Positions 25,802-35,392 of a stretch of 56,858 bases of DNA are shown in pieces. The notes under the pieces are model-generated. The model did not search any database. It worked only from the letters and a program-made list of their open reading frames with translations, and had not been told where the DNA came from. Position 1 is the first letter of the stretch. Every line of letters begins with the position of its first letter. The position numbers and the translations under genes are program-made. This DNA is from a virus. Taxonomy: Duplodnaviria > Caudoviricetes. The DNA is taken from the IMG/VR virus record IMGVR_UViG_3300011441_000012, positions 1 through 56,858 of that record. One strand, given 5' to 3'.

Positions 25802-28134
25802 TCGGTAGCTTGGTTTGGTGTGTTCTCTTTCTTGATCGCATCTCGCCCTTGCTGGCGAATATCCGCTGCGGTTTGCAGGAACTCCGTCGTCGCATCCCGC
25901 TTGATCTGCGCCTCCATCTCCCGGTCCTTCCGGCCCTCCTGCAACTCGAACGCGGCCTGCTTCTGCGCCTGGGTCTGAGCCGTCTTCTCCGCGTTGGTCT
26001 GAATCTTCGCCTTATCCACCCTCATCTTGCTCTGGAGTTCAGCCTGCTTCAGCGCGAGTTCACCGTTGGCCTCGCTGCCATTCTGAGACTGCTGTTGCTC
26101 CTGCAAGCGTTGGGCAAAGCCTTTGACCACGTTCATCATTTGGCCGAGGAGTTCTCCAAACTGCCGCACCTTCGGACCAGCGGCTTCGTCGCCTGACATT
26201 ATTTCGAGGAACATGCCAACGTGCTGCGCCATATTCTGCAACCCCATGATCTGTTCCTGCGTGCCCATGTTGGTCGTGCCTTGAATCTGCTGGATGATTA
26301 GCCCCATGTCGCGCAACCACGTCACCACGTAGTCCTCGTAGATCATGTGCGGCGTGGGCGTAAGCGGCAAGCCTCGCATCAGTCGGTCGGTGGTCAATTC
26401 CGCATCGTGCATGGACTTGCTCACCGGAGGTTGTCCCTTGGTCGAAGCCAAGTCCTCGGCAATCGCCGCGTCGTCCGTCATAATACGGATGCCAATGTTG
26501 TCCACCTTGCGTTGGGATTCGGGACCGAGATTTGGCCGAACCGTGTTCAGGTATTGCACGATGGCCATTTGAACGGTCTTATTTCCCGCCCCCATAGCCC
26601 GTTCAGCCTCGATGATCCACTTTTCGGTGTCGAGGTATTCAGGATCAACACCGTCGTGAATGCAGTCTTTGCGGAACTTTTTTGCCACCGTATCGGGATT
26701 GTGCTTGATGCACAGCCTCCGGCAAATTTCGCGGTACTTTGAGGTTTCATAAAGCTTCGCAAGGTTCATTACGCCCGAGGTCATCGCGTTCGCGGAGTTC
26801 ACCTCAGCCATGACTTGGGTTGCCGTCTTTTCCTTCTCGCTCGTCATGCGCTCGCTGCTGCGCGTGTAGCTGGTGGAGTTTGCAGCCAGCATGGAGCGGT
26901 TTTTCTCCATCACCATTTGGATAAACTGCGGATTCGGAGCAAACCGTTCGTTGCCTTTGATGAAGTCTATTCCTGAAGGCACTACGCCCATGTGCAGGAA
27001 ATCCGCTTTCTTGATCCGGTTGAAATCGCCCTGACTCGCCACGCGGAAGAACCACATCAGGTCCGAGAAAGCCTGCTCCGTCATTTTGCACTGCATCTGG
27101 TTTCCAATATCCACGATGCCCCAGTTCATCCAGCCGAGGGAGCGCACGGAATGATACTTGAACGGAGCCACGCAGGAGCAGTCCCCGTAGTTGACATGGA
27201 GAATCTGACTCCAATGGTCGGCATACTTGCGCTTGCCGGCGTTGTATAGCCAAGTGCCGTTGTTCGGGTTGCTGGATGGCATTCCTTCCGTCATTGTCAC
27301 GTCCCGCCCACCGCTGCCCCAGTCGAGGAAACACTTGCGACACCAACCACCGGATGCGTTTGTCTCGCGGTAGTAGAAATCCCAGTAGTCTATGGTCGGT
27401 ACCGCATCGCTGTTCCAGTAGCCGATGTCCTGCTTGATGATTTCTTCGATGCGCTCCGGCATGAACTCGAAGGCCGCCGAGTTCTGTCCTTTCTGGGTCT
27501 GCGAGGCGACAAACTTGATCTCCTGCATCACCAAATCCATGTTCCAGCCGGGATCAACCTTCGGGCCGTGCGTCCGCTCGTAAAGCTGTGCTGGGGTCTG
27601 CTCCCGGAAGATGGCGAAGTATTCCAGATTGGAGAAATCAATATCCGTCTCCGATGGAATCATCAGCGATGAAATTGGAATGACCTTGGGAATTGGACTC
27701 CTGCGATTTTCCCACACTGAAGGTCCAATCCCATGAAGCAAAACTCCTGCGCCAGTCTCCCGCGTATTCACCATCATCTCGGGCGACTGCTTCAAGGCTC
27801 GGTTGAGATGCCGCGTAATGGTCTGACCCCACTCCTGCTTTTTGTGCACTGGCCCGCAGTCGAGTTGGACGTTGAGCATGTTCCCCGCGCCAAGAAAATT
27901 CGCGTTCCATTGGTTGCGAGCGTCGGTCAGGATTCCCGTGCCTTCCAGAAAGTTCCGGTTAACTTCGATGTTGTTCTCCTCGGCGGTCGCACGGTCGAAG
28001 GGTGGCTCGCCGTTGTAGGTGCGGTTCAGGATTACCCGGTTGTCGGCTCGTGGAAGGTCGGCAAGCCTCATATCCCAGACTATAGCAGCAACTTTTCCCT
28101 GATCGGTGAACTTGGAAGGAGTCTCAGTCTTCAT
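25798..28134 (-). CDS. Portal protein
   Basis: 778 aa; KTATQV motif, Gln-rich C-terminal barrel; position between terminase and scaffold. Confidence 0.85.
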   Translation of the reverse strand: MKTETPSKFTDQGKVAAIVWDMRLADLPRADNRVILNRTYNGEPPFDRATAEENNIEVNRNFLEGTGILTDARNQWNANFLGAGNMLNVQLDCGPVHKKQEWGQTITRHLNRALKQSPEMMVNTRETGAGVLLHGIGPSVWENRRSPIPKVIPISSLMIPSETDIDFSNLEYFAIFREQTPAQLYERTHGPKVDPGWNMDLVMQEIKFVASQTQKGQNSAAFEFMPERIEEIIKQDIGYWNSDAVPTIDYWDFYYRETNASGGWCRKCFLDWGSGGRDVTMTEGMPSSNPNNGTWLYNAGKRKYADHWSQILHVNYGDCSCVAPFKYHSVRSLGWMNWGIVDIGNQMQCKMTEQAFSDLMWFFRVASQGDFNRIKKADFLHMGVVPSGIDFIKGNERFAPNPQFIQMVMEKNRSMLAANSTSYTRSSERMTSEKEKTATQVMAEVNSANAMTSGVMNLAKLYETSKYREICRRLCIKHNPDTVAKKFRKDCIHDGVDPEYLDTEKWIIEAERAMGAGNKTVQMAIVQYLNTVRPNLGPESQRKVDNIGIRIMTDDAAIAEDLASTKGQPPVSKSMHDAELTTDRLMRGLPLTPTPHMIYEDYVVTWLRDMGLIIQQIQGTTNMGTQEQIMGLQNMAQHVGMFLEIMSGDEAAGPKVRQFGELLGQMMNVVKGFAQRLQEQQQSQNGSEANGELALKQAELQSKMRVDKAKIQTNAEKTAQTQAQKQAAFELQEGRKDREMEAQIKRDATTEFLQTAADIRQQGRDAIKKENTPNQATE

Positions 28135-28702
28135 CGTTCACTCTTTACACTGGATTGTAATGGGTGGCAACAGTTCAGGTTGTAGCGGTATGCGTCAATG
28201 ACCCTCGCCGCCAATCCCAAGTCCACACCGTCCTTGATTCCGCTAACCCCATTCCATTCTCCGCTAAGATTGGACCGAATCTTGGCAGCGAGTTCGGTGG
28301 CTTCCTCTCGGCTGCATGGAAAGGTGAAGGGGATGGATTCTTGCGCGTCGAACAACGCCTTTATCTGCATCAGCTTTTCGCCTCCATGCTTTGCCTGCTC
28401 GGAAGTTTCCCACCAACCGGAAGCGTCGTCGGTTTCAGTCAGGTTGATCCCGCGAAGTATCTCCGCAATTTTTTCGTAGGTGGGGTTCATGGTTCAATAA
28501 TCTCCTCAACTATTCCGTAAAGTGTCAGTCCGTGGGTCTTGCAGTAGTGTCTCGCATCAGTCCAATCCAGACACCAGATCGTGATTCCCCAAGTGCGGTC
28601 CATGAAACGGTAGGTCGCGGAGAATGGCCACAGATTTCCTTGGCGACCTACTTTTCCAGGCTTTAGCCCGTCGTCTCCGAAATCGGTGTCGAATCGGCTC
28701 AT
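28131..28702 (-). other. Two hypothetical CDS (28131-28490, 28487-28702)
   Basis: Coupled ORFs; GWWETS motif in the first. Confidence 0.55.
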
Positions 28703-28703
28703 G

Positions 28704-29795
28704 TTAATACCAATTTTTCCCATCCGATCCGGGCACAATATGAAACGCCAAGTTCTGGCGGTATTTGATGCACTGCTTGCAGAATGAATGTCCCGTGCGT
28801 TGCTCCACCATCTGCTCCGCCGTTGTGTCCATGAAATCTCCAACCGTTATTCTTCGGTCGGCAACGCAAGCGCACATCGAGGTTTTACCGTCATGCCGGA
28901 TGAACGTGAACATTCCGCCAGCACCCACTGGGCACACTTCCTGAATCGGGATATGCGCGTAAATCTCCCGCCCTTTCCTTGGGGAAACAAACAACCTGTC
29001 CATCGTGTCCTCCCATTGCTGAGACACTGGAGGCAGAATCGCATTCCAATCCGGCCTGCCTTCCTGAACCTCGAACGGGGTAGCCTCGGGATCGTGCTTG
29101 CGGCAATACTGAACCGCGTTCTCCATTGAGATCGCCCGCGCAAAGCTCGTGAAGAATCCTATGCCGCAGCTTTCCGCGTAGGCTTTCATTGCGTCAACCT
29201 CGTGGGCGTTGTCGTTGTACACGTGATAATTCACAAGGATGGTCACGCGCTTATCCTTCGGTCGCGCCTTGTTAGCGTCCCCGATGATTTTCATGTTCTC
29301 CTTCACCTTCTCGATGTTCCCGCCTTGATGACCCTTCACATACACTTCCTGCGTGAATCCTGATAGGCTGATGATGATGAGGTCAGGTCCGGCCTCCAGC
29401 AATTCTTCCACGCGCTGGACGTGGTTGAGGTTGGTGGACATCTCGGGGTGCAGCCCTCGGGACTTTATAGCGGTGATGACCTCGGGTAGCTTGGGATGCA
29501 CGAACGGTTCGGAGTTTCCATAGGTGAACACGATGGCGTTTGGATTCTCGGCTTTGATCTTGTCAAGAATGCGCTCCATCAAATCCCAATCCATCAAGCC
29601 GTTTAGGTGATCGTATTTCTTTCCGTCAATTTCTTCGCGGTTGCCTTTGGTGCAGGTTGGGCACTTCAGGGTGCAGGCCGAATTCACCTCCAGGAACACT
29701 CTCCAGTGCGGGGTCTTGGTGACTGCCTCTGTGATCGCGCCACTGATGAACGGCTTGGAGGCAAGCCCGTATTTTGCTTTGAGCTCAGGTGTCAT
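28704..29795 (-). CDS. Radical SAM enzyme with C-terminal SPASM/twitch-like Cys domain
   Basis: CTLKCPTC (CxxxCxxC), SEPFVHP, STN motifs; C-terminal C...CAC...CKQC. Confidence 0.9.
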   Translation of the reverse strand: MTPELKAKYGLASKPFISGAITEAVTKTPHWRVFLEVNSACTLKCPTCTKGNREEIDGKKYDHLNGLMDWDLMERILDKIKAENPNAIVFTYGNSEPFVHPKLPEVITAIKSRGLHPEMSTNLNHVQRVEELLEAGPDLIIISLSGFTQEVYVKGHQGGNIEKVKENMKIIGDANKARPKDKRVTILVNYHVYNDNAHEVDAMKAYAESCGIGFFTSFARAISMENAVQYCRKHDPEATPFEVQEGRPDWNAILPPVSQQWEDTMDRLFVSPRKGREIYAHIPIQEVCPVGAGGMFTFIRHDGKTSMCACVADRRITVGDFMDTTAEQMVEQRTGHSFCKQCIKYRQNLAFHIVPGSDGKNWY

Positions 29796-29798
29796 TGG

Positions 29799-30302
29799 CT
29801 AGGTTAGCACAGTTGGGAAGTTAAGTTTTGCGAATTCTCCGAATAACACTGAAGCCTTTTTGTCGTAAGCCCTGCCAGCGGATTCCTCGTCATTAAAAGC
29901 CCCGATGTATATGGATTTTCTGTTGTTCACCAATCGAGCTATCCACTTTTCGTCTCTTATGTGCCAATAAACGCCCTTAAACCTGCTGCTAAGACCCGGC
30001 TCTTTTCTTCTGTTTCTCACATTCTCAGTCGCAGAGCACGGCCTTAGATTTGAACGCTGATTGTTTAGCCCATCCCCATCCCTGTGGTCGAACAGAGTGT
30101 CCGGTGAAAATCCAAGTCGAATCATTATTTCCCTGTGCATGTACATAGTTTCACCGGATGGTCCGACAGTATGGAGCGCATACCATCTCTCAATCCCAGT
30201 GGGGCATGTCCTCGTCGCCCTCCAGCTTAACTTTTCAACCCAGTCAAAGTCACTATCGTCAACGAGTGCAATCTTGCCTCTGGTTAATTCAATCGTTTTC
30301 AT
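29799..30302 (-). CDS. HNH-AP2 homing endonuclease
   Basis: ALVDD.D, YMHR, DHRDGDGLNNQRSNLR, SRFKGV, AGRAYD...FGEFA.LNF. Confidence 0.92.
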   Translation of the reverse strand: MKTIELTRGKIALVDDSDFDWVEKLSWRATRTCPTGIERWYALHTVGPSGETMYMHREIMIRLGFSPDTLFDHRDGDGLNNQRSNLRPCSATENVRNRRKEPGLSSRFKGVYWHIRDEKWIARLVNNRKSIYIGAFNDEESAGRAYDKKASVLFGEFAKLNFPTVLT

Positions 30303-30304
30303 AA

Positions 30305-30988
30305 TCAGTGTTCGATTGATGTCGGCTTCCAGCCGTGGTGGTAATCTTTTATTTTTGGGAGTCTTGGACCAAACCCGATAAAACATTCCGCTTCATACCG
30401 CGACTCAATGGACTTGATCCCTGATTTCTTGATCCTATCCCGGCGCGTCATGCTCGGCAGAGTCCGTAGAAAGTTGGATTGTGAGAAGTGGAAATTTCCC
30501 GCCCAGATGCTTTGAGTTCCGTCAGCCTGATTGGTCATCCAGTGGCAACCTACCGACTCATACCCCGCCTCAAGGTCTTCAATGCAACGCCACCATTCTT
30601 TGATGACGTGGCGCATCATGCAATTTCGCCAGTTGATTCCGTGCTCAGTCTGTTCCTCCCTCGAAGCACCCTTCGCGTGGAAGTACAACACGTTCCAACC
30701 GGGATGACTCAGCGCAAACTCGTGCATCGCGCAGATCGTCAGGTTTTCGTTTCTGCAATCCAAGCCGTGCATCATTATTTCCGCCTTGGGTGGTATCACC
30801 AAGTTCGCAATCTCGCGGCTCGCCTCTCCGCCGTTAATTCCTACCACGAACTTGGATGCTGTATCCAGCAAGCCTGAAGCGCGGAGTTGCACCATCTGCT
30901 CGTGGACAATGTTGACAGCTTGCGGTAGGACTTCGGGAGGGTTGCCCAACTCGAACAGGCAATGGAAATAAATCGCAATGGGCTTCAT
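30305..30988 (-). CDS. Glycosyltransferase-like protein
   Basis: ENLTI, VLYFHAKG, WR..M, AGNF, RYEAE.FIG motifs. Confidence 0.6.
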   Translation of the reverse strand: MKPIAIYFHCLFELGNPPEVLPQAVNIVHEQMVQLRASGLLDTASKFVVGINGGEASREIANLVIPPKAEIMMHGLDCRNENLTICAMHEFALSHPGWNVLYFHAKGASREEQTEHGINWRNCMMRHVIKEWWRCIEDLEAGYESVGCHWMTNQADGTQSIWAGNFHFSQSNFLRTLPSMTRRDRIKKSGIKSIESRYEAECFIGFGPRLPKIKDYHHGWKPTSIEH

Positions 30989-31239
30989 GCGCTCTTAATC
31001 GGCTCCGGGTGGTTGTAAATCGGAAGCGTTTCCTCCGCCCATTTCCAGAAATCACGATGGCTGTTTTCAGTCGCCTTCTGAGAGAGCGCGGCTGGAATGT
31101 GTGGCTGGTCGAACCACGGGCCGGCATTGGCCTTCGTGTGCAAGTGCAGGCAATGCTTTCTAGTGCGCTCGTGGAGCATTCGTATGAGGCAAATCCCTTG
31201 TGGAATTTCGTCCCAGTTTGAGGTTTCGTTTTGGTTCAT
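30985..31239 (-). CDS. Hypothetical protein
   Basis: Start MNQNET with ATGA coupling. Confidence 0.5.
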   Translation of the reverse strand: MNQNETSNWDEIPQGICLIRMLHERTRKHCLHLHTKANAGPWFDQPHIPAALSQKATENSHRDFWKWAEETLPIYNHPEPIKSA

Positions 31240-31910
31240 GGAATGTGGTACTGCTCCGTCAACCGATCCCCGCACATCATTCCGCTCTGGTCGCCACGGA
31301 AAAACCCATTCGGATAATCCCAGTCTTTCCACTCGTACTCATTCTTCCAGCACACAGCCAACACCGGAAGTTTCTGAGACTTCACCCACTCAAAGAAGCA
31401 TGTCTTTCCATGCTCGAAGGCATACCTCTGCTCGTTCTTGGCGATCCGGTGCGGGTAACGATTCATCAACTCTGGAGGACACCAGAATCCCGTGGTTCTG
31501 AGATGGGGATAGACTTTGAAACGGTCATCACCTTTGTTGGCCATCACTCCGTACACTCCCATCCCGTGCTTTTGGAATGCCTGAACCATTCGCACGAGCC
31601 AGCCCCTCCCCTTGAGGTAAGTTGACCCTCCAAAGAACACCATCAGGTCGCAGGGGAATCTCGCCGCCGCCTCTTGGTATGCGCCAATGTCCTGAGCCTC
31701 GCCCTTGGGCCGTTCCAGAAACGTCACATTTTGAAGGCTGGAAAACATGCAGGTGATTTCAGGGGTCAACGGAGCGCAGTTCAGGGTTACAATCGTGTCG
31801 TGAACCATCCCCGGAGGGTGTTGGTTATACGATTGAATGAATCTCAGCGCCCACTGGACATGCTGATCTCCGGCGAGGGCGGGGAAGTTATACATTATTT
31901 TGACGTTCAC
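31236..31910 (-). CDS. RgpF-like glycosyltransferase, paralog A
   Basis: DIGAY, HLRTTGF and RYAFEHG motifs. Confidence 0.6.
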   Translation of the reverse strand: MNVKIMYNFPALAGDQHVQWALRFIQSYNQHPPGMVHDTIVTLNCAPLTPEITCMFSSLQNVTFLERPKGEAQDIGAYQEAAARFPCDLMVFFGGSTYLKGRGWLVRMVQAFQKHGMGVYGVMANKGDDRFKVYPHLRTTGFWCPPELMNRYPHRIAKNEQRYAFEHGKTCFFEWVKSQKLPVLAVCWKNEYEWKDWDYPNGFFRGDQSGMMCGDRLTEQYHIP

Positions 31911-32038
31911 TTGTCTTTTCTGCGGTTAATCGTGATTCGTATAATTCCTCCAACGCCTTCAGCAATTATTGCGATCAGGATTACCGTTCCAAGCCACACC
32001 CAGAACGATGAGAAAATGAATTTTAGAATTTCGAGCAT
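31907..32038 (-). CDS. 43-aa membrane protein
   Basis: Manual translation MLEILKFIFSSFWVWLGTVILIAII... Confidence 0.6.
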   Translation of the reverse strand: MLEILKFIFSSFWVWLGTVILIAIIAEGVGGIIRITINRRKDK

Positions 32039-32041
32039 AAT

Positions 32042-32846
32042 TCACTTCACCCTTCGATTAACCCAGTGCATTCGCATTCCATTCACGGCTGCCTTGCTTT
32101 GTTTCCACAGTTCATCCGAGCACTTGTCGCAAAGTTTTACGAAGTTCATGGGGTATCCGTAAATCCCGTATTCGACTTCAACGATTGCGGGCTGATTGCA
32201 TTGCTGGCAGGGAGGGTTCACTTGACTGAGTTCAGCCTCCATGAGTTTCCAGTTCTGTGGACCGCCACGTACTTATTCCCATTGGAGTCGGTTAGTATGA
32301 TGGCTTTGCTCTCTTTAAGTAGCTCTTTTAACCTGATGTCATCCGGCGGAAAACTTAGTGTGGCCAATTTGAATACGATGAACCCGAATATAAGGGAGCA
32401 GGCAAAAATCATCCCGTATTCTTTGATGAAATATTTCATCACTTCACCTTGCTCGCGCCCACGATTGCGTCCGCCAATTCCTTGCCCGTGGCGAAGACTT
32501 TTTCGGAGATGCAACGGTTCGCCAGTTTGACCAGCATCGTCGGCAGGTGCTCTTTGGGAGCTTTGTCCACGAGTGCGGAGAAGGCTGCGAGGGGGGATGG
32601 CGCGGCTGGAGCGGCTGCTTGAACCGGAGGCGTCGGCAGAGTCGGAGGTGCTGCAACTTTGGTTGCGGGTTTTTCAAGCTCATCCAGTTGCTTGTTGGCC
32701 TGCTCGAAAACGGATGGTTTCGGTGCAGTTTTCGCCGCAGGCTTGATCGGCACTACGGGCTTTGGTTGTGGTGTTGCGATCTTCGCCAACTCAACAGGAT
32801 TGACGAGATCAATGGACTTGGTTTGCGGTTTGGTTTCTTTGTTCAT
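32042..32846 (-). other. Three hypothetical CDS (32042-32242 Zn-binding, 32218-32439 TM, 32439-32846 Pro/Ala/Lys-rich)
   Basis: Packed ORFs. Confidence 0.55.
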
Positions 32847-32849
32847 AAA

Positions 32850-33119
32850 TTATTTTTCAGATTTCATGGCCTTAATTCGTATGATGGCTGATGAGAAATT
32901 CTTTTTGTTCCAATCGGGAAGTCGGCTGTAAAAAACTTCGAGCGAATCAAGACACATAGCCAATTCCTGAGACAGTTCGTTAGCCTCACTCAACTCACGT
33001 TCGAGTTTTCGGGCGAAGTCAACGTGAACAAACTGTTTTCCTTGCGTTGATGAGTAGTCTCCGTCGCTCATGTATGCGCCCTCACTGGCGGCTGCATCTG
33101 TTAGTGGTGTGTCGCTCAT
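32850..33119 (-). CDS. MSDTP.TDA...DFAR.LERE family protein, copy 1
   Basis: Paralog of 40537..40881. Confidence 0.65.
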   Translation of the reverse strand: MSDTPLTDAAASEGAYMSDGDYSSTQGKQFVHVDFARKLERELSEANELSQELAMCLDSLEVFYSRLPDWNKKNFSSAIIRIKAMKSEK

Positions 33120-33136
33120 AAATTCACCATCTCAAT

Positions 33137-33154
33137 TTCACTCAAATCTGTCAA
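33137..33154 (-). promoter_or_regulatory. TTGAC-N8-GTGAA motif, copy 2
   Basis: TTGACagatttgaGTGAA, intergenic, 17 nt before the ATG at 33119. Confidence 0.8.
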
Positions 33155-33171
33155 GACATTTGAAGGCGAGA

Positions 33172-33441
33172 TTATTTTGGCACGATAAAATAACCAGCTT
33201 CACTTTTTAGCTCGGAAATGGCGTCCTGCATTGTTGGGAAGTATTTCTCGTCTAGCCAATCTTTCATTTTTTCGCCTTCTTCCTTGGCAACTTCATTGAA
33301 CACGGAACACTCTGTTATGTGGTATTTTTCACACAGCCTTTCTATCACGCGCACGTACAAATGATGCTTTAAGGTCTTGATGTCCCGGTTGATGATGAAA
33401 TCGTCAACCTCCGTTAATTCTTCTGGATTTTGGTCGCTCAT
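33172..33441 (-). CDS. Hypothetical protein
   Basis: Coupled ORF. Confidence 0.55.
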   Translation of the reverse strand: MSDQNPEELTEVDDFIINRDIKTLKHHLYVRVIERLCEKYHITECSVFNEVAKEEGEKMKDWLDEKYFPTMQDAISELKSEAGYFIVPK

Positions 33442-34160
33442 TTGAATGGCCTGTCCGCAGAAATCTGCCAGCTACGCTTTCGCTTCTCGTCGGCTTCCTC
33501 GTAACGGACTAGGTGGTTACAACGCATGAGGCAATCACTTTGGTCGCCTTTCCAGATGCAATTCTTTGGCAACCTCCACGCGCCGGGATTCCAGTCGCCT
33601 GACCACGTAACCAATTTCACTGGCCTGTTCTGTTTCCTGAGTCGTCGCCATAGTGCCCGTTCTCCGTGCTCAAATTCGTAGCGAGATTTCTTGTCATTCA
33701 CGATCAGGGGGTAGTCCCTCAAGAATTCCGGCGCGGTCGCGAACGCGGTGGTTTGGAGGTGGGCGCGTACCACGTGTGTAGCGAAAATTCCAAGCATGGA
33801 TTTTCCGTATCTTTGCCACGCTTCTTTGAGCCGCGTGAGCCAGCCGGGTTTCCAGAAGTGAACCGACTCACCAAGGCAGAGAACCATTTCGTAATCCGCT
33901 GCCACGTTTTTTGCCGCACTGATGTAGGCTGCAATGTCGCGGCCTTCGTCGTTGGGTCTTGGCCAGTATTTCGGAGCCACCTCTCCCACGCCTTCAAATA
34001 AGCAAGCTTGCTCTTGTGCAAGCGGTCCCCCTTGGCAGATGATGATCGTGTCGTGCGCTTCCCCTGGCGGGTTTTCGTGGTAGCTCGCTGCGAAGCGGGC
34101 CGCGTGGTCGGTTGTTTGCTCATGGTTAGCAAGTGCGATGTAGAGGAGGCAGATTTTCAA
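33438..34160 (-). CDS. RgpF-like glycosyltransferase, paralog B
   Basis: EGRDIAAY, HLQTTAF, RYEFEHG; paralog of 31236..31910. Confidence 0.6.
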   Translation of the reverse strand: MKICLLYIALANHEQTTDHAARFAASYHENPPGEAHDTIIICQGGPLAQEQACLFEGVGEVAPKYWPRPNDEGRDIAAYISAAKNVAADYEMVLCLGESVHFWKPGWLTRLKEAWQRYGKSMLGIFATHVVRAHLQTTAFATAPEFLRDYPLIVNDKKSRYEFEHGERALWRRLRKQNRPVKLVTWSGDWNPGAWRLPKNCIWKGDQSDCLMRCNHLVRYEEADEKRKRSWQISADRPFK

Positions 34161-34354
34161 GCGTTCCCCGAATCCGGTTTAATCACAATCTGCTCCAATC
34201 CCCCATACTTCTCACGGAACGCGATGGTGGCTTCGACGCACCTTAGTTCCAGCTTAACGATTTCCTTTGCGTCAGGATTGGTTTGCGCCAACTCAAGTCT
34301 CACTAGAGCCTTCACGCGCTCTTTGAGCAGGAAAATGGTTTCGGAGTTGGTCAT
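34157..34354 (-). CDS. Hypothetical protein
   Basis: Coupled ORF. Confidence 0.5.
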   Translation of the reverse strand: MTNSETIFLLKERVKALVRLELAQTNPDAKEIVKLELRCVEATIAFREKYGGLEQIVIKPDSGNA

Positions 34355-35100
34355 GCGTCACGTTTTCGTATCCAGCAGGAATTTGGAAATTCCCCCATGA
34401 TCTCGTCGCTCGTTTTGGCGATGATGTGCTCAAGGGGAGTCCAAATTTTCATTGGGAGCAAACATCTGCACACGTTACAGGATTTTAGTTTGTCGCCCTG
34501 AGAGTTTTCAAACTTGAACTCCGTGTTTCCAGTCAGAGTTTTCCATGCCTCAACGGATTTCTTGATGAGTTCTGCCGGCGCTTTTGTGAACCACTCTCCT
34601 TCTTGGTTCATTGGACACGCAACGCAGGTTGCCGCACGCTTTTCAGCGAGTTCTTGCGGCACCGTTTTTGCACCCTTGCCGAGCCATTCCAGCACCACTG
34701 ACGTTCCCGCAGCCGCACGCTTAAGCCCAGCCATTGCATTGAGTTTCTGGTCACCCACCGCAGCACCCGCCTCCGCGCTTTTTGATGTGCTGCGGTTGAC
34801 CCGAAAAGGCGTTGGAACATTCTCCTCGCTGAGTCCCAGCCTTCGGTTGTTAAATTTCAACGCCTCCGCTTTTACCACCTCGGGATTCGTGGCCAGCTTA
34901 AACCTGGCTGTGATCGCCGGGTTCTTCTTCCGCATGTTGATGATGTGCGTCACGAGTTGATTCAGCGTGATTGACACGGGTGATATTTCATTTGGCGGAG
35001 TCGGCTGTCCCGGCTTACGGCGTGATGGAATTCCCCATCCGGTTTCAGGCTGGTAAAATTGCCAACCTTGAGGGGGGATTTGATGTTCGTTTAGTTGCAT
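34351..35100 (-). CDS. Cys-motif protein next to terminase
   Basis: PP.GW.F.QP.TG N-terminus; R..CxxCP, CxxCxC and CW motifs. Confidence 0.65.
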   Translation of the reverse strand: MQLNEHQIPPQGWQFYQPETGWGIPSRRKPGQPTPPNEISPVSITLNQLVTHIINMRKKNPAITARFKLATNPEVVKAEALKFNNRRLGLSEENVPTPFRVNRSTSKSAEAGAAVGDQKLNAMAGLKRAAAGTSVVLEWLGKGAKTVPQELAEKRAATCVACPMNQEGEWFTKAPAELIKKSVEAWKTLTGNTEFKFENSQGDKLKSCNVCRCLLPMKIWTPLEHIIAKTSDEIMGEFPNSCWIRKRDA

Positions 35101-35392
35101 AGATTTTTCTGGAGTCGCTTCATCAGTTCCTCAAGTTGAGTCAATGAAAGGTAGGCGAGCGCGGCAGCTTCTTCCAAGAGTTCTTTGGCGGTCATAATTA
35201 TCCGATCGCAAAGGCGATGGGGGTGTTCAGGTCGTACACCTTCCAATCTTCCCAGTATGTTTTGTTCAGTTCATGGCCGTACACTTTGACCACCATTCTC
35301 ATCGCTTCTTCCTCGTTTGGTGCAATAGCAATAGCGAGTCCTTCAGACTCCGGCAGCACTCCCTCCCACACGTAAAGTTTTAGCTCAGCCAT
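35091..35392 (-). other. Two small CDS (35091-35195, 35198-35392)
   Basis: Manual translation plus ORF track. Confidence 0.5.

Noticed and set aside
29799-30302. Group I intron around the HNH-AP2 gene
   Set aside because: The flanking genes look complete and abut the ORF within a few nt, leaving no room for a ribozyme core.
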